Part shown: positions 17,805 through 26,610 of the stretch, one piece after another
How positions within the stretch are numbered: the first letter of the stretch is position 1
How the letters are laid out: each line of letters opens with the position of its first letter
Source of the DNA: a virus
Taxonomy: Duplodnaviria > Caudoviricetes
Reading direction: 5' to 3' (one strand)
DNA length: 34,078 nt
Virus record (IMG/VR): IMGVR_UViG_3300005805_000258
Span: 1-34,078 of that record
Program-made: the position numbers and the translations under genes
The notes under the pieces: model-generated
Databases searched by the model: none
The model's input: the letters and a program-made list of their open reading frames with translations, nothing else
What the model was told of the DNA's origin: nothing

Positions 17805-18383
17805 ATGTTTCTTGTGCCAAACAGAGATGTTATCATACCATTTGGTGAAGATAGATTTATTCGTAGAGCTGTTAATAACCTCGCAGACATGAGAGGTGAA
17901 AACAGAACGATCATTTCATGTAACAACACTACTTCAGTAGTGTTGTCATTTACACCAACATGTCCAGACTGGGTTGAGATATACAAAGATGGATTCAGGA
18001 TCATGAACCCAAGGGTATCTAGTATTACTGGTGGTACGCTCTATGAAACATTTAATGTTCAGGGAAGAACTATCACATTCACGCAGCCTATGACAGGCAC
18101 AATAGTAGTTGTGTGCGATACAGTTGCAAGAATTCAGTGGAATGCCTCGATAATTCAGGTTGATAATGTTCAGGGATTTAAGACGGCGCGGGCTTCTCTC
18201 TATATAGAGCCAGTAATTGTAACAGAACCCGTTAATGGGTATGCAAGATTATCAACAGATAGAATGAGCATGGTTTATTTACCAAAAAATGGGTTTGTTG
18301 GCGATGATTCATTTAGTTACTGTCTAATAAATAATCATGGGCAGTACAGCAGGAATTACTGCGTCAACATAACTGTCTTCTAA
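17805..18383 (+). CDS. Virion protein with C-terminal Ig/cadherin-like (Big_9-type) domain
   Basis: GGAGG SD; EPVNG......YLPKNGFVGDDSFSY motif. Confidence 0.7.
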   Translation: MFLVPNRDVIIPFGEDRFIRRAVNNLADMRGENRTIISCNNTTSVVLSFTPTCPDWVEIYKDGFRIMNPRVSSITGGTLYETFNVQGRTITFTQPMTGTIVVVCDTVARIQWNASIIQVDNVQGFKTARASLYIEPVIVTEPVNGYARLSTDRMSMVYLPKNGFVGDDSFSYCLINNHGQYSRNYCVNITVF

Positions 18384-18401
18384 GACCTCCTAGGAAAAAA
18401 G

Positions 18402-18761
18402 ATGGCCGCACCTAATCTATTAAGAATTACATCAGCGATAGGCAAAACGTCTACGGCAAATGTCACAACTACAAACGCAGCGCTGCTGTCTAACCCTGCT
18501 GCTAGTAATAAAGTTTACAAAATAAATTCTTTATTTGTGGCAAACGTCAATGGCACAAATAGCGCAACTATTACCGTGTCATTCGTTAGGAGTGCCACAT
18601 CCTTTCCTGTTGCAAGCACAATTAATGTTGAAGCTGACAGCAGTTTGGTTGTTTTTGGTAAGGAAACCGGCATATATTTAGAGGAAGGCGATTCTATATC
18701 CTGTATTGCTTCTGCAAATAATTATTTGACTGCTGTCATTTCATACGAGATTTTAGGATAA
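18402..18761 (+). CDS. Small beta-rich virion/fibre-associated protein
   Basis: MAAPN...KVYKINSLFVANVNG...IYLEEGDSI...ISYE is a pattern common next to fibre genes in aquatic phages. Confidence 0.65.
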   Translation: MAAPNLLRITSAIGKTSTANVTTTNAALLSNPAASNKVYKINSLFVANVNGTNSATITVSFVRSATSFPVASTINVEADSSLVVFGKETGIYLEEGDSISCIASANNYLTAVISYEILG

Positions 18762-18765
18762 TTAG

Positions 18766-20829
18766 ATGTCAATCTACTACTTAAAAAATCTTTCATCTGC
18801 TGTAGCTCCAGCAGCCGAAAATATTTCAGGAGGCATTGTTAATCAGATACCATTTCAAAGTGCAGCTTCAACTACTGCATTTTCAAATAATTTGACATTT
18901 GATGCCTCACAGGGAATTCTAAAAATCTTCGGACCATCTGATCAGGCTATTCCTGGTAGTGTGATGTTAGGTAATGTCACATATGGGGAAGCAAGGATAA
19001 CGACGGGTGGATCAAACAATTTATCTATACGTATTCAACCTCATGCCCAAGAAGTTGGAAATGGCATAAGAACTGGAGGAGTCGTTATTTCTGGTGGTGA
19101 TGTTGCCGGGTCAAATGGAGCGCTGGCAGGTGGCGTTGATATTATTGGTGGAGGGACAAATTCTACAGCAGCTGGAGGTCTATATGGTCCAAATGGCCCT
19201 GTAACTATTACTGGGGGTCCAGGATCCGGGGCATCTTCTTCAGGTGGCAGTGTTACTATAAGTGGTGGTACTGGAAATTATTCTGCAGGAAGTGTTGTGC
19301 TACGTGGTGGAACAGGTAATAGTGGTGGCGGAATAATTTCACTCTATACTGCAGAGACAACTACACTTGTTCAGCGACTTTCAATTCTAGCCAATGGAGC
19401 ATGGTCCATTGGTTCAGATAATACCTCATATGGTACTAGTGGTCAAGTCTTAACCTCAAATGGTGCTGCACCACCGACATGGCAACCTGTAGGTGTAACC
19501 GGAACAGTAACCTCAGTAGATGCAAGTGGTGGTACCACAGGGCTTACTTTCAGTGGTGGTGCAATTACTTCAAGCGGCACTCTCACTCTCAGTGGCACAC
19601 TAGGCATAGCTAATGGTGGTACCGGTCAGACCACAGCCAGTGCAGCAATCAATGCTCTGCTACCCAGCCAGGTTTCTCAGAGCGGTAAGTATCTCACGAC
19701 TGATGGTACTACTGTTAGTTGGTCCTCTGTGACAGCAGCGCAAATTCTACCCAGTAGTGTCACCGTTGGAACCTCAGATTCTGCGGCCGCCATAACTGGT
19801 AATACCAGCACAAGCGGCAGTGGATCGCCAATGACAGTAGCAGCCGGTGCAACCAGTGCTGGAAATGGAAACAGTCTGACTTTAGCTGGTGGTGCTGCAG
19901 CTTCAGCTAACACCGGCGGTGCAGTTGTTATTAGATCGGGTGATAGTGGTGCGGGTGGAGGAGGTGCTGGTCCAGTAACTGTTCATGCAGATAGCTCATA
20001 TGGTGGTGGTGCTGTTACGGTACGAGGTGGTGACAGCAGTGGTAATGGTTCAATTGGTGCCGTTGCCGGAGGTGGTAGTTTAACCTTGCGTGGCGGTGAT
20101 TCATCAAATGCATCAACTGGCTCTATTCCTGGAAGTGTGACCATTCGCGGTGGTAATTCTATCGCAACGACAGCCGGCGGCTCAGTAACCATCAGCGGTG
20201 GCACTGGACCAGCAGGTGGTGGGCAGTTGGTATTTCAAACGGCTTCCACGACTTCACCTACAGAGCGGTTAAGAATTACAAACGGCGGTGCTTGGGGTCT
20301 AGGAGGTGCTAACTACGGTACAAGTGGTCAGGTTCTAACTAGCAATGGTTCAGGCGCACCTCCTACCTGGACTACTGTTGCTAGTGAGAGTCTGCCAACT
20401 CAAACTGGCAACAGCGGTAAGTATCTAACTACCGATGGAAGCAGTGCAAGCTGGTCAGCTATTACTTCACTAAATAGCACAGTAGCATTTAGTGCTGGTT
20501 ACAATGAATCTGTTAGTGCAGTCACATCCAGTACCAGCACTAATATAGATTGTAGTTTAGGAAACAATTTTGACATAACTCTTTCATCATCTATAACAAC
20601 TCTAACATTTTCAAACGTTCCTACGACTAGAAGACTCTTTCCCTGTACCCTCATTCTTATTCAAGATTCAGTTGGTGGCAGAACTATTTCATGGCCAGCC
20701 AGCTTCAAATGGAGCGGTAAGGTTGCTCCAACTCTTACATCTACCGCAGATGGTATTGACATAATCACCATGATCACCTATGATGGTGGAACGACATGGC
20801 TGGCTACAGTAGCTGGTCAGAATTTTTAA
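18766..20829 (+). CDS. Gly/Ser/Thr-rich tail fibre protein
   Basis: GG.VTI.GG repeats, GTVTSV, GTLGIANGGTG, LP.Q...GKYLTTDG twice, and a C-terminal IQD..G.RT..WP...KW....PTL..T....DI domain. Confidence 0.82.
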   Translation: MSIYYLKNLSSAVAPAAENISGGIVNQIPFQSAASTTAFSNNLTFDASQGILKIFGPSDQAIPGSVMLGNVTYGEARITTGGSNNLSIRIQPHAQEVGNGIRTGGVVISGGDVAGSNGALAGGVDIIGGGTNSTAAGGLYGPNGPVTITGGPGSGASSSGGSVTISGGTGNYSAGSVVLRGGTGNSGGGIISLYTAETTTLVQRLSILANGAWSIGSDNTSYGTSGQVLTSNGAAPPTWQPVGVTGTVTSVDASGGTTGLTFSGGAITSSGTLTLSGTLGIANGGTGQTTASAAINALLPSQVSQSGKYLTTDGTTVSWSSVTAAQILPSSVTVGTSDSAAAITGNTSTSGSGSPMTVAAGATSAGNGNSLTLAGGAAASANTGGAVVIRSGDSGAGGGGAGPVTVHADSSYGGGAVTVRGGDSSGNGSIGAVAGGGSLTLRGGDSSNASTGSIPGSVTIRGGNSIATTAGGSVTISGGTGPAGGGQLVFQTASTTSPTERLRITNGGAWGLGGANYGTSGQVLTSNGSGAPPTWTTVASESLPTQTGNSGKYLTTDGSSASWSAITSLNSTVAFSAGYNESVSAVTSSTSTNIDCSLGNNFDITLSSSITTLTFSNVPTTRRLFPCTLILIQDSVGGRTISWPASFKWSGKVAPTLTSTADGIDIITMITYDGGTTWLATVAGQNF

Positions 20830-20914
20830 CCCCCAGTGAGTATATTCTGATTGAAACGAGGTAGCACAGGCAAAGTAAATAATTTAGCTTCCTGCGACTA
20901 TCCCATATTAAATC

Positions 20915-22018
20915 ATGAATAAACTTAAAATAGCTGTGTATGCTATCTCAAAGAATGAAGAGGCATTTGCGCGCAGATTCTGTGAGTCTGCAGCCGAGGC
21001 TGATGCAATCATAATAGCCGATACTGGTAGTGCTGATTCAACAGTTTCTCTGGCCAGAGACTGCGGTGCCACTGTTCATGAAATTTTTATCTCTCCTTGG
21101 CGATTTGACAAGGCCAGAGATGCTGCCCTAGCTCTCATTCCACGGGACATTGATGTCTGCGTCTCTCTAGATCTTGATGAGTTGCTGGAGCCCGGATGGA
21201 GACAGGAAATAGAACGAGTATGGGAACCTGGTAAGACCACACGCCTGCGCTATGGATACGACTGGGGGCAAGGAATTAGATTCCAATATGAAAAAATACA
21301 TTCCAGAACTGGCTATCACTGGCATCATCCGTGTCATGAGTATCCACGACCTGATGGTAGAATAGAAGAAGTATATGCAGAAACAACTGCCTTACTTGTT
21401 AGCCATCATCCAGATCCATCCAAGAGTCGAGGCCAGTATCTAGATCTTCTTTCTCTCTCAGTTAAAGAGGATCCTAGCTGTCCAAGGAATGCTTTTTACT
21501 ATGCCCGAGAACTAACTTTTTGGAATAGGTGGGAAGAGGCAGTGACTGCCCTAAAAAAATACCTAGAATTGCCAGGTGCCACGTGGCAAAATGAGAGATG
21601 CTATGCCATGCGCCTACTGGGTAAAGCATATGAAAAAACAGATAAGCGGTGGGAAGCGTTTCAGTGGTATCGACGCGCAACGGCAGAGGCTCCAGGTACG
21701 CGAGAACCATGGTGCGATCTTGCACTAGCCTGCTACGGGCAAGGTGCTTGGGCAGAGTGTTTTGCAGCTGCTACGCGCGCGCTTGAGATCACTAGTAGAG
21801 AACATGTATACACATGCGATCCAGTCGTTTGGGGTAGCCTACCTCATGATCTTGCATCAATTGCTGCATGGAATATGGGAATGTTGGGCGAGGCACTCTC
21901 TCATGGGCAAGCTGCAGTCAGCCTAAATCCAGAAGATCAACGACTGAGGCGAAATGTAGAATTTATGCAGAATGCACTAAATGATCTAAATATAAGCAGT
22001 AAAGGGGAAAATACATGA
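20915..22018 (+). CDS. Family 2 glycosyltransferase with C-terminal TPR repeats
   Basis: I.KNEE, DTGSADST, F..ARD.AL, SLDLDE (DxD), HE, then R..FYYAREL and TPR-like helices. Confidence 0.92.
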   Translation: MNKLKIAVYAISKNEEAFARRFCESAAEADAIIIADTGSADSTVSLARDCGATVHEIFISPWRFDKARDAALALIPRDIDVCVSLDLDELLEPGWRQEIERVWEPGKTTRLRYGYDWGQGIRFQYEKIHSRTGYHWHHPCHEYPRPDGRIEEVYAETTALLVSHHPDPSKSRGQYLDLLSLSVKEDPSCPRNAFYYARELTFWNRWEEAVTALKKYLELPGATWQNERCYAMRLLGKAYEKTDKRWEAFQWYRRATAEAPGTREPWCDLALACYGQGAWAECFAAATRALEITSREHVYTCDPVVWGSLPHDLASIAAWNMGMLGEALSHGQAAVSLNPEDQRLRRNVEFMQNALNDLNISSKGENT

Positions 22019-22473
22019 TTCAAAAAATTTTAGGTACCTTAGGTGGTGCAAGCATTTTCTTACGATCTAACCTATCACTAGTTTTCGTGGCTGTTTTATT
22101 AACAGCTGGAGGAATTTTTGCATATTCATATCACCGCATGGGCGTAAAAATAGATGCTTTGCAGGTAGAAAAAGGACAACTTCAAGAAGCGAACGCCAAT
22201 CTACTCGCTCAGATTGAGGGATTACAGAATAGTATTGCTCTTCTTACAGAGGCAAATGATCAAAATCTCAAAACTATTGAGAAATTAAAGAAGGAAAGAG
22301 CTGATGCAACTACAGCTATAGCTTCTCTAGCTAACTCAACAGCGAATAACAAGAAGCTTATTGCTGCGCTACAGGCAAAACTAAAAGAATTGCTTAAGGA
22401 TCCAAAGAATGATGGACCTGTGTCTCCAATTCTGAGGGAGACTGTAGAACAAATTCAGAAGAATAGGAAGTAA
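22015..22473 (+). CDS. Inner-membrane spanin (Rz-like)
   Basis: Single N-terminal TM segment, long coiled coil and C-terminal DGPVSPILR; followed by a lipoprotein gene. Confidence 0.78.
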   Translation: MIQKILGTLGGASIFLRSNLSLVFVAVLLTAGGIFAYSYHRMGVKIDALQVEKGQLQEANANLLAQIEGLQNSIALLTEANDQNLKTIEKLKKERADATTAIASLANSTANNKKLIAALQAKLKELLKDPKNDGPVSPILRETVEQIQKNRK

Positions 22474-22475
22474 TC

Positions 22476-22811
22476 ATGAAAAAAATACTGCTCATCTTGT
22501 CATCATGCATGCTTTTTACTGGCTGCGCCACGTTCGGTGATGGGTCAAGAGGTTGTGCGCCCTCGACAGCAAAGCAAGTAGAGTACATAATAAAGATTCC
22601 TCCTAAGGAACTCATGACTCTGCCACCAGCAGTAGAACCAGTTGATGCTCGGACAGCAAAGCAGAGTGATATAGCACAATGGATTATTAGAAACGAGGAA
22701 CGTTCTAAGACTCTGGAGGACATCATACGCCAACTTGCACAATTTTTTAGAATTGAACAGCTGAAATTAGATGATGCCGCAGCTGAAAAAAATAAGACCA
22801 ATGAAAAATAA
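22476..22811 (+). CDS. Outer-membrane lipoprotein spanin (Rz1-like)
   Basis: MKK plus hydrophobic signal, lipobox FTGC (Cys17), Pro-rich IPPKELMTLPP, and a helical C-terminus. Confidence 0.78.
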   Translation: MKKILLILSSCMLFTGCATFGDGSRGCAPSTAKQVEYIIKIPPKELMTLPPAVEPVDARTAKQSDIAQWIIRNEERSKTLEDIIRQLAQFFRIEQLKLDDAAAEKNKTNEK

Positions 22812-22842
22812 ATTTTACGCATAGTAGAAGGAAACTGTAAAT

Positions 22843-24405
22843 ATGACCTGCGGGTGCTCTAAGCAAGAAAAAACAAATCTGTGGACACCAATACCAGATT
22901 TTACGAAGCCAACTGAAATATTACCTGGTGAAAACATAGACTGTTACGCTAAGAGGGCAAATGACGATATTAAAGATTCACCTGCTGAACAGCTGGCTGG
23001 GCGTATCAGTAACACAGTAATCGTTTCTGATCTAAACTTACAGGTAAATGAACAGTTTAAGCTTACTCCAAATCCACCTACTCCTGCAGCAAGCTGGAGT
23101 ATTACGGTAGATGGTGCATCAGGTGTCCCATCTGGAATGGGACTCGCATTCAACACCTCTACTGGAGCACTGAGTGGAACTGTTAATGAATCATATGCTG
23201 ATAAAAATTACAAAATAAAAATAACAGCACTGAGCTCAGCAGGAGCTGAGATAGACTCTAGAGAATTTAATTTCTATCCTAAGAAAGCTAGCTCAGAAGA
23301 AACTATTAAATTCGTGTGGCCACTTCAACCTAAAGGTGTTGTTACCAGCAAATTTGGACCAAGAAAGAGGCCAGCCGCTGGTGCAAGTAGTGATCATGGC
23401 GGTATAGACATTGCTCTACCTGGGGGTGCGCTAGGAGAGATTGTTGCTGCAGCAGATGGAACAGTGATAAGATGTGGGCCTGGCCGAGGTTGGGGCAATG
23501 TCATCATGATAGAGCACCGTGATGCACAGGATAGACTGGTTGCAACAACGGTTTATGGCCACTGGAGCTCAGCGTATGTTACCGTGGGGCAGAAGGTTGC
23601 TGCTGGACAGAGGATAGCAAAAGAAGGAAATGTTGGTGTTGGCACCGGCGCTCACCTTCACTTTGAACTACACAGGGGAAAGTTTAAGAATCCTATTGAT
23701 CCTCTTGGCTATCTAAATGGTGAAATTTCAGTAGCTGTGAATAACGATCCTCAGACCGGAGCTCCTACTGGTGGTCAGGAAACTCAGAACAGATCAAATA
23801 CTGGAATGACAGCCAGAGAGACTGAAACCATTCAGAGTACGGCATGCCCAAGTGTGCTGCCCAATCAACAGCCTCCGCTGACATCCACCGATCCATCATC
23901 ACCGCCTATTCCTTCTACGCCTGGCAATGCAGATGTTAAATCAGAGATTCAGCGCGCACTAGACGAATCAGATCTAGCACAGGATGATAAAGATTTGCTC
24001 ATGTTCATGGCCTACATAGAGAGTGGATTTAAGGCCGATGCGAAGAATCCTACCTCTAGTGCCCGGGGTCTATTTCAGATGTTAGACAAGACTGCAGTAA
24101 GATACTATGATAAAATAGGAATCCCTGCAACAGTTGAGAATAGGAATAATCCTTACTATGCCACCAAGGCACAGATAGAGTTCTACAAATCAGAGCAGCT
24201 GCGATACTGGAATGAATTCAATTCATCAGGAAAAACAAAGATAGCTGGAAAAACTCTTAAACCTGAAGTTTCATCTAGGTACGCTAATTACAATAAAGGC
24301 GAATTCGTTTACGGGCTCATACATCACGACGGAGTTGGAAGCGCCGTGGCTGGCAAGGATCTCCAGGGCGTTGACTACTACAGAAAACGGGTTAGGCAGG
24401 CATAG
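22843..24405 (+). CDS. Multidomain peptidoglycan hydrolase: Ig-like + M23 peptidase + lytic transglycosylase-like
   Basis: P.G..FNTSTGALSGT (Ig-like); HGGID, YGH and HLHFE (M23 zinc motifs); IESGF...A.N..SSARGLFQ (SLT motif with catalytic Glu). Confidence 0.88.
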   Translation: MTCGCSKQEKTNLWTPIPDFTKPTEILPGENIDCYAKRANDDIKDSPAEQLAGRISNTVIVSDLNLQVNEQFKLTPNPPTPAASWSITVDGASGVPSGMGLAFNTSTGALSGTVNESYADKNYKIKITALSSAGAEIDSREFNFYPKKASSEETIKFVWPLQPKGVVTSKFGPRKRPAAGASSDHGGIDIALPGGALGEIVAAADGTVIRCGPGRGWGNVIMIEHRDAQDRLVATTVYGHWSSAYVTVGQKVAAGQRIAKEGNVGVGTGAHLHFELHRGKFKNPIDPLGYLNGEISVAVNNDPQTGAPTGGQETQNRSNTGMTARETETIQSTACPSVLPNQQPPLTSTDPSSPPIPSTPGNADVKSEIQRALDESDLAQDDKDLLMFMAYIESGFKADAKNPTSSARGLFQMLDKTAVRYYDKIGIPATVENRNNPYYATKAQIEFYKSEQLRYWNEFNSSGKTKIAGKTLKPEVSSRYANYNKGEFVYGLIHHDGVGSAVAGKDLQGVDYYRKRVRQA

Positions 24406-24469
24406 TGCGCCTAATCATATAAAAGCACACAGCGCCAAGAATTTGAAGAACAGCGAGAGTGCTGACACC

Positions 24470-24477
24470 TATAAATA
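24470..24477 (+). promoter_or_regulatory. T4-type late promoter TATAAATA
   Basis: Exact consensus about 30 nt upstream of the MotA-like gene. Confidence 0.78.
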
Positions 24478-24507
24478 AATTCATCATATATTAAAAAGGT
24501 GGCGCGC

Positions 24508-24984
24508 ATGTTAGTTCTTTTGCGGTGGTGGTTTATATTCTGTCTGTGCTGCTTTGGTTTTGGAATAGCGTGCATGCTGGGATTCTTTGGCTACATGCTG
24601 AGAGTTGATCACTCTTATATGGGTATAGTAACTCTTACCGTATTCGCAGTCACCAGCATATGGATAGGATTCCTTACATACCGGGCTCATCGAGGTGATA
24701 GTACATTTGCGGATCACCTTCCTACTTGTTGGTTTATTAGTGAAGGAATGATGGGACTAGGTATGGTGGGAACCCTAGTGGGCTTCTTGGTGCTACTCAG
24801 TACCGCCCTAGGTTCTCCTATTAACACTGCAGATACTGCAGCAATGGCCGCCCTCATATCCAAGATGGGAGTAGGATTTGCCACTGCTGCCCTTGCAACT
24901 CTAGTTGGCCTTATCTGCTCTCTGCTAACCAAGCTACAGTTAGTGAATCTTGAATACTTGAAGCCTGATAATGAAAAATTATAA
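24508..24984 (+). CDS. MotA/TolQ/ExbB proton-channel family protein
   Basis: Four hydrophobic segments. GLGMVGTLVGF and GFATAALATLVGL match the two conserved channel helices. Start is ATG 24508 or GTG 24499. Confidence 0.82.
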   Translation: MLVLLRWWFIFCLCCFGFGIACMLGFFGYMLRVDHSYMGIVTLTVFAVTSIWIGFLTYRAHRGDSTFADHLPTCWFISEGMMGLGMVGTLVGFLVLLSTALGSPINTADTAAMAALISKMGVGFATAALATLVGLICSLLTKLQLVNLEYLKPDNEKL

Positions 24985-25609
24985 ACTAGACCTTGCATTT
25001 CTAGACATGTTATTCAACATGACTCTAGCATTCTCATTTCTCTTTCTCATGTCTTTCCTGCTCATCCGGCCACCTGCTGCTAAAGAAGATGCAGCGTTAA
25101 AACCCAAGGCAGAATTTATTATTTCACTCTCCTGGCCAGATGAGTCTCTGGATGACCAAGACCTGTGGGTTAAGCTTCCAAATGGAAAAATAATATCTTA
25201 TGGCAGTAAGGATCTGGGTTACGCCATCTTAGACAGAGATGATCGTGGAACCGTTAGCAATTTTTATATGGATAAGAATGGTAAGATGCAGCTCATCAAG
25301 CAGCGCAACGAGATTGTGACAATCCGAACTCTTATGCCTGGGAGATATGTTGTGAATGTCTATTGTTTTTCCGTTAATAGTACTTGGGCCGAATTTAAGA
25401 ATCCTCACGACCTACCCTACCCTGTTTCAGTTTCTCTAACTAAGGTTAATCCCACGCTCTCAGAGATTATAAAGGTTGAAAAACCTATGAAGAAATTAGG
25501 GGATCAGCTGACCATGTTTGCTTTCACAGTAGGTGAAGATGGGCAAATAGTCTCAGTTGAGCAAGATGTGGATGAGCCTTTTATCAGTAAATTCGCAATA
25601 CCTCAGTAA
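24971..25609 (+). CDS. MotB/ExbD/TolR-like single-pass protein with periplasmic beta domain (YfaP/DUF2135-like)
   Basis: N-terminal TM with the conserved Asp (LAFLDMLF). W.....D.DLWV..P, LDRDD.G, E and PG.Y.VNV motifs follow. Overlaps the MotA-like gene by 14 nt. Confidence 0.72.
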   Translation: MKNYKLDLAFLDMLFNMTLAFSFLFLMSFLLIRPPAAKEDAALKPKAEFIISLSWPDESLDDQDLWVKLPNGKIISYGSKDLGYAILDRDDRGTVSNFYMDKNGKMQLIKQRNEIVTIRTLMPGRYVVNVYCFSVNSTWAEFKNPHDLPYPVSVSLTKVNPTLSEIIKVEKPMKKLGDQLTMFAFTVGEDGQIVSVEQDVDEPFISKFAIPQ

Positions 25610-25613
25610 ATCT

Positions 25614-26099
25614 ATGAAAGAAATAATCTATTTGCTCTCTCCAATCATAGCCACACTGTCAGTGATTTTTTCAGTAGCTGTGTTTGTCTATCTAAAATCA
25701 AGTGCTCCTACCTTTGTGAAGGCGCTGTTAATTCCATTCTCTCTGGCACTGTGTTTGTTCATACCTATTGTTTTTTGGACATTTGTTGGCGTGGCCAAAC
25801 CTGTTCATAGTCTTCCTTATAAAATACAGGTTCTCTGTCACCATGTAACCGTTGTTGAAGGGAAGAAAGACAGAATAGAGATATGGTACGCTGATGGTAG
25901 TAGAACCAAACTTGTGTCTATACCTTATTCAAAGGGACTTGAGAGAGCACTGTCAGAAATAGCAGAGGCCAGAGAGAGTGGTGAGATGAGAGCTCTAATA
26001 TCGGGGGAGGCTGGCGGAGGGGAGGCAGGGGCACAGGGTGAAGAGAGCTCCTATAAATCTGAGATTATTCCGCCAAACCATGGTCTTCCACCTAAATAG
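25614..26099 (+). CDS. Membrane protein (2 TM + soluble domain), third gene of the MotA-like cassette
   Basis: ATG 25614 follows the upstream stop; two hydrophobic segments, then IEIW...IPYSK.L, and ends LPPK. Confidence 0.65.
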   Translation: MKEIIYLLSPIIATLSVIFSVAVFVYLKSSAPTFVKALLIPFSLALCLFIPIVFWTFVGVAKPVHSLPYKIQVLCHHVTVVEGKKDRIEIWYADGSRTKLVSIPYSKGLERALSEIAEARESGEMRALISGEAGGGEAGAQGEESSYKSEIIPPNHGLPPK

Positions 26100-26116
26100 A
26101 ACCCACAGCTAACATC

Positions 26117-26587
26117 CTACAGTGCCGAGCGGAGAATATCAACCAGAGGATACCGTGACGAAGATCTAAATCTTTTCCAGTACTGTGGATGATCTACTTT
26201 TATGAGAGGGCTAAGATTTGATTTCTTAGCCCATTTTTCTGCGGCACCACCAAGAGCTATAAACCGCTCAATATCCCAATCTTGCAGTAGGTTGCTATCT
26301 AGAGCACATCCATCATAGAGTGTACTGTTAACCCAAACTAGCCTGTTCTCAGGAATGCCGTTCAGGTGTAGCAAAGAATTTAGCCACCCAGAACAGTGCT
26401 TGGTGCTGTAGAAGGGAGTGTGATGATAGCCAATATCCTGAGGAGCTGATGGGCCAGGTCTATCTCCTATAATACAGATCTTAGGGCCAACATCTGCACA
26501 TCCTGCTAGAACTTTAAGGTAGGTCTGTTTCCTAACTTCTAGACTAGCTGCATAGGAACATTTATCAAGGCTGTGGTTATTGAGCAT
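26117..26587 (-). CDS. Uracil-DNA glycosylase superfamily protein (family 4/5-like, minimal)
   Basis: IIGDRPG (motif A-like), PF....SG.L, W.N, IALG..A and HPQY (motif B-like). Confidence 0.7.
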   Translation of the reverse strand: MLNNHSLDKCSYAASLEVRKQTYLKVLAGCADVGPKICIIGDRPGPSAPQDIGYHHTPFYSTKHCSGWLNSLLHLNGIPENRLVWVNSTLYDGCALDSNLLQDWDIERFIALGGAAEKWAKKSNLSPLIKVDHPQYWKRFRSSSRYPLVDILRSAL

Positions 26588-26610
26588 GATGGATACTTAA
26601 TAAAGCGTAA

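Noticed and set aside
24508-26099. Complete Zorya defence system
   Set aside because: The A subunit lacks the long cytoplasmic tail, B lacks an OmpA-like domain, and no ZorC/D/E effectors are present.
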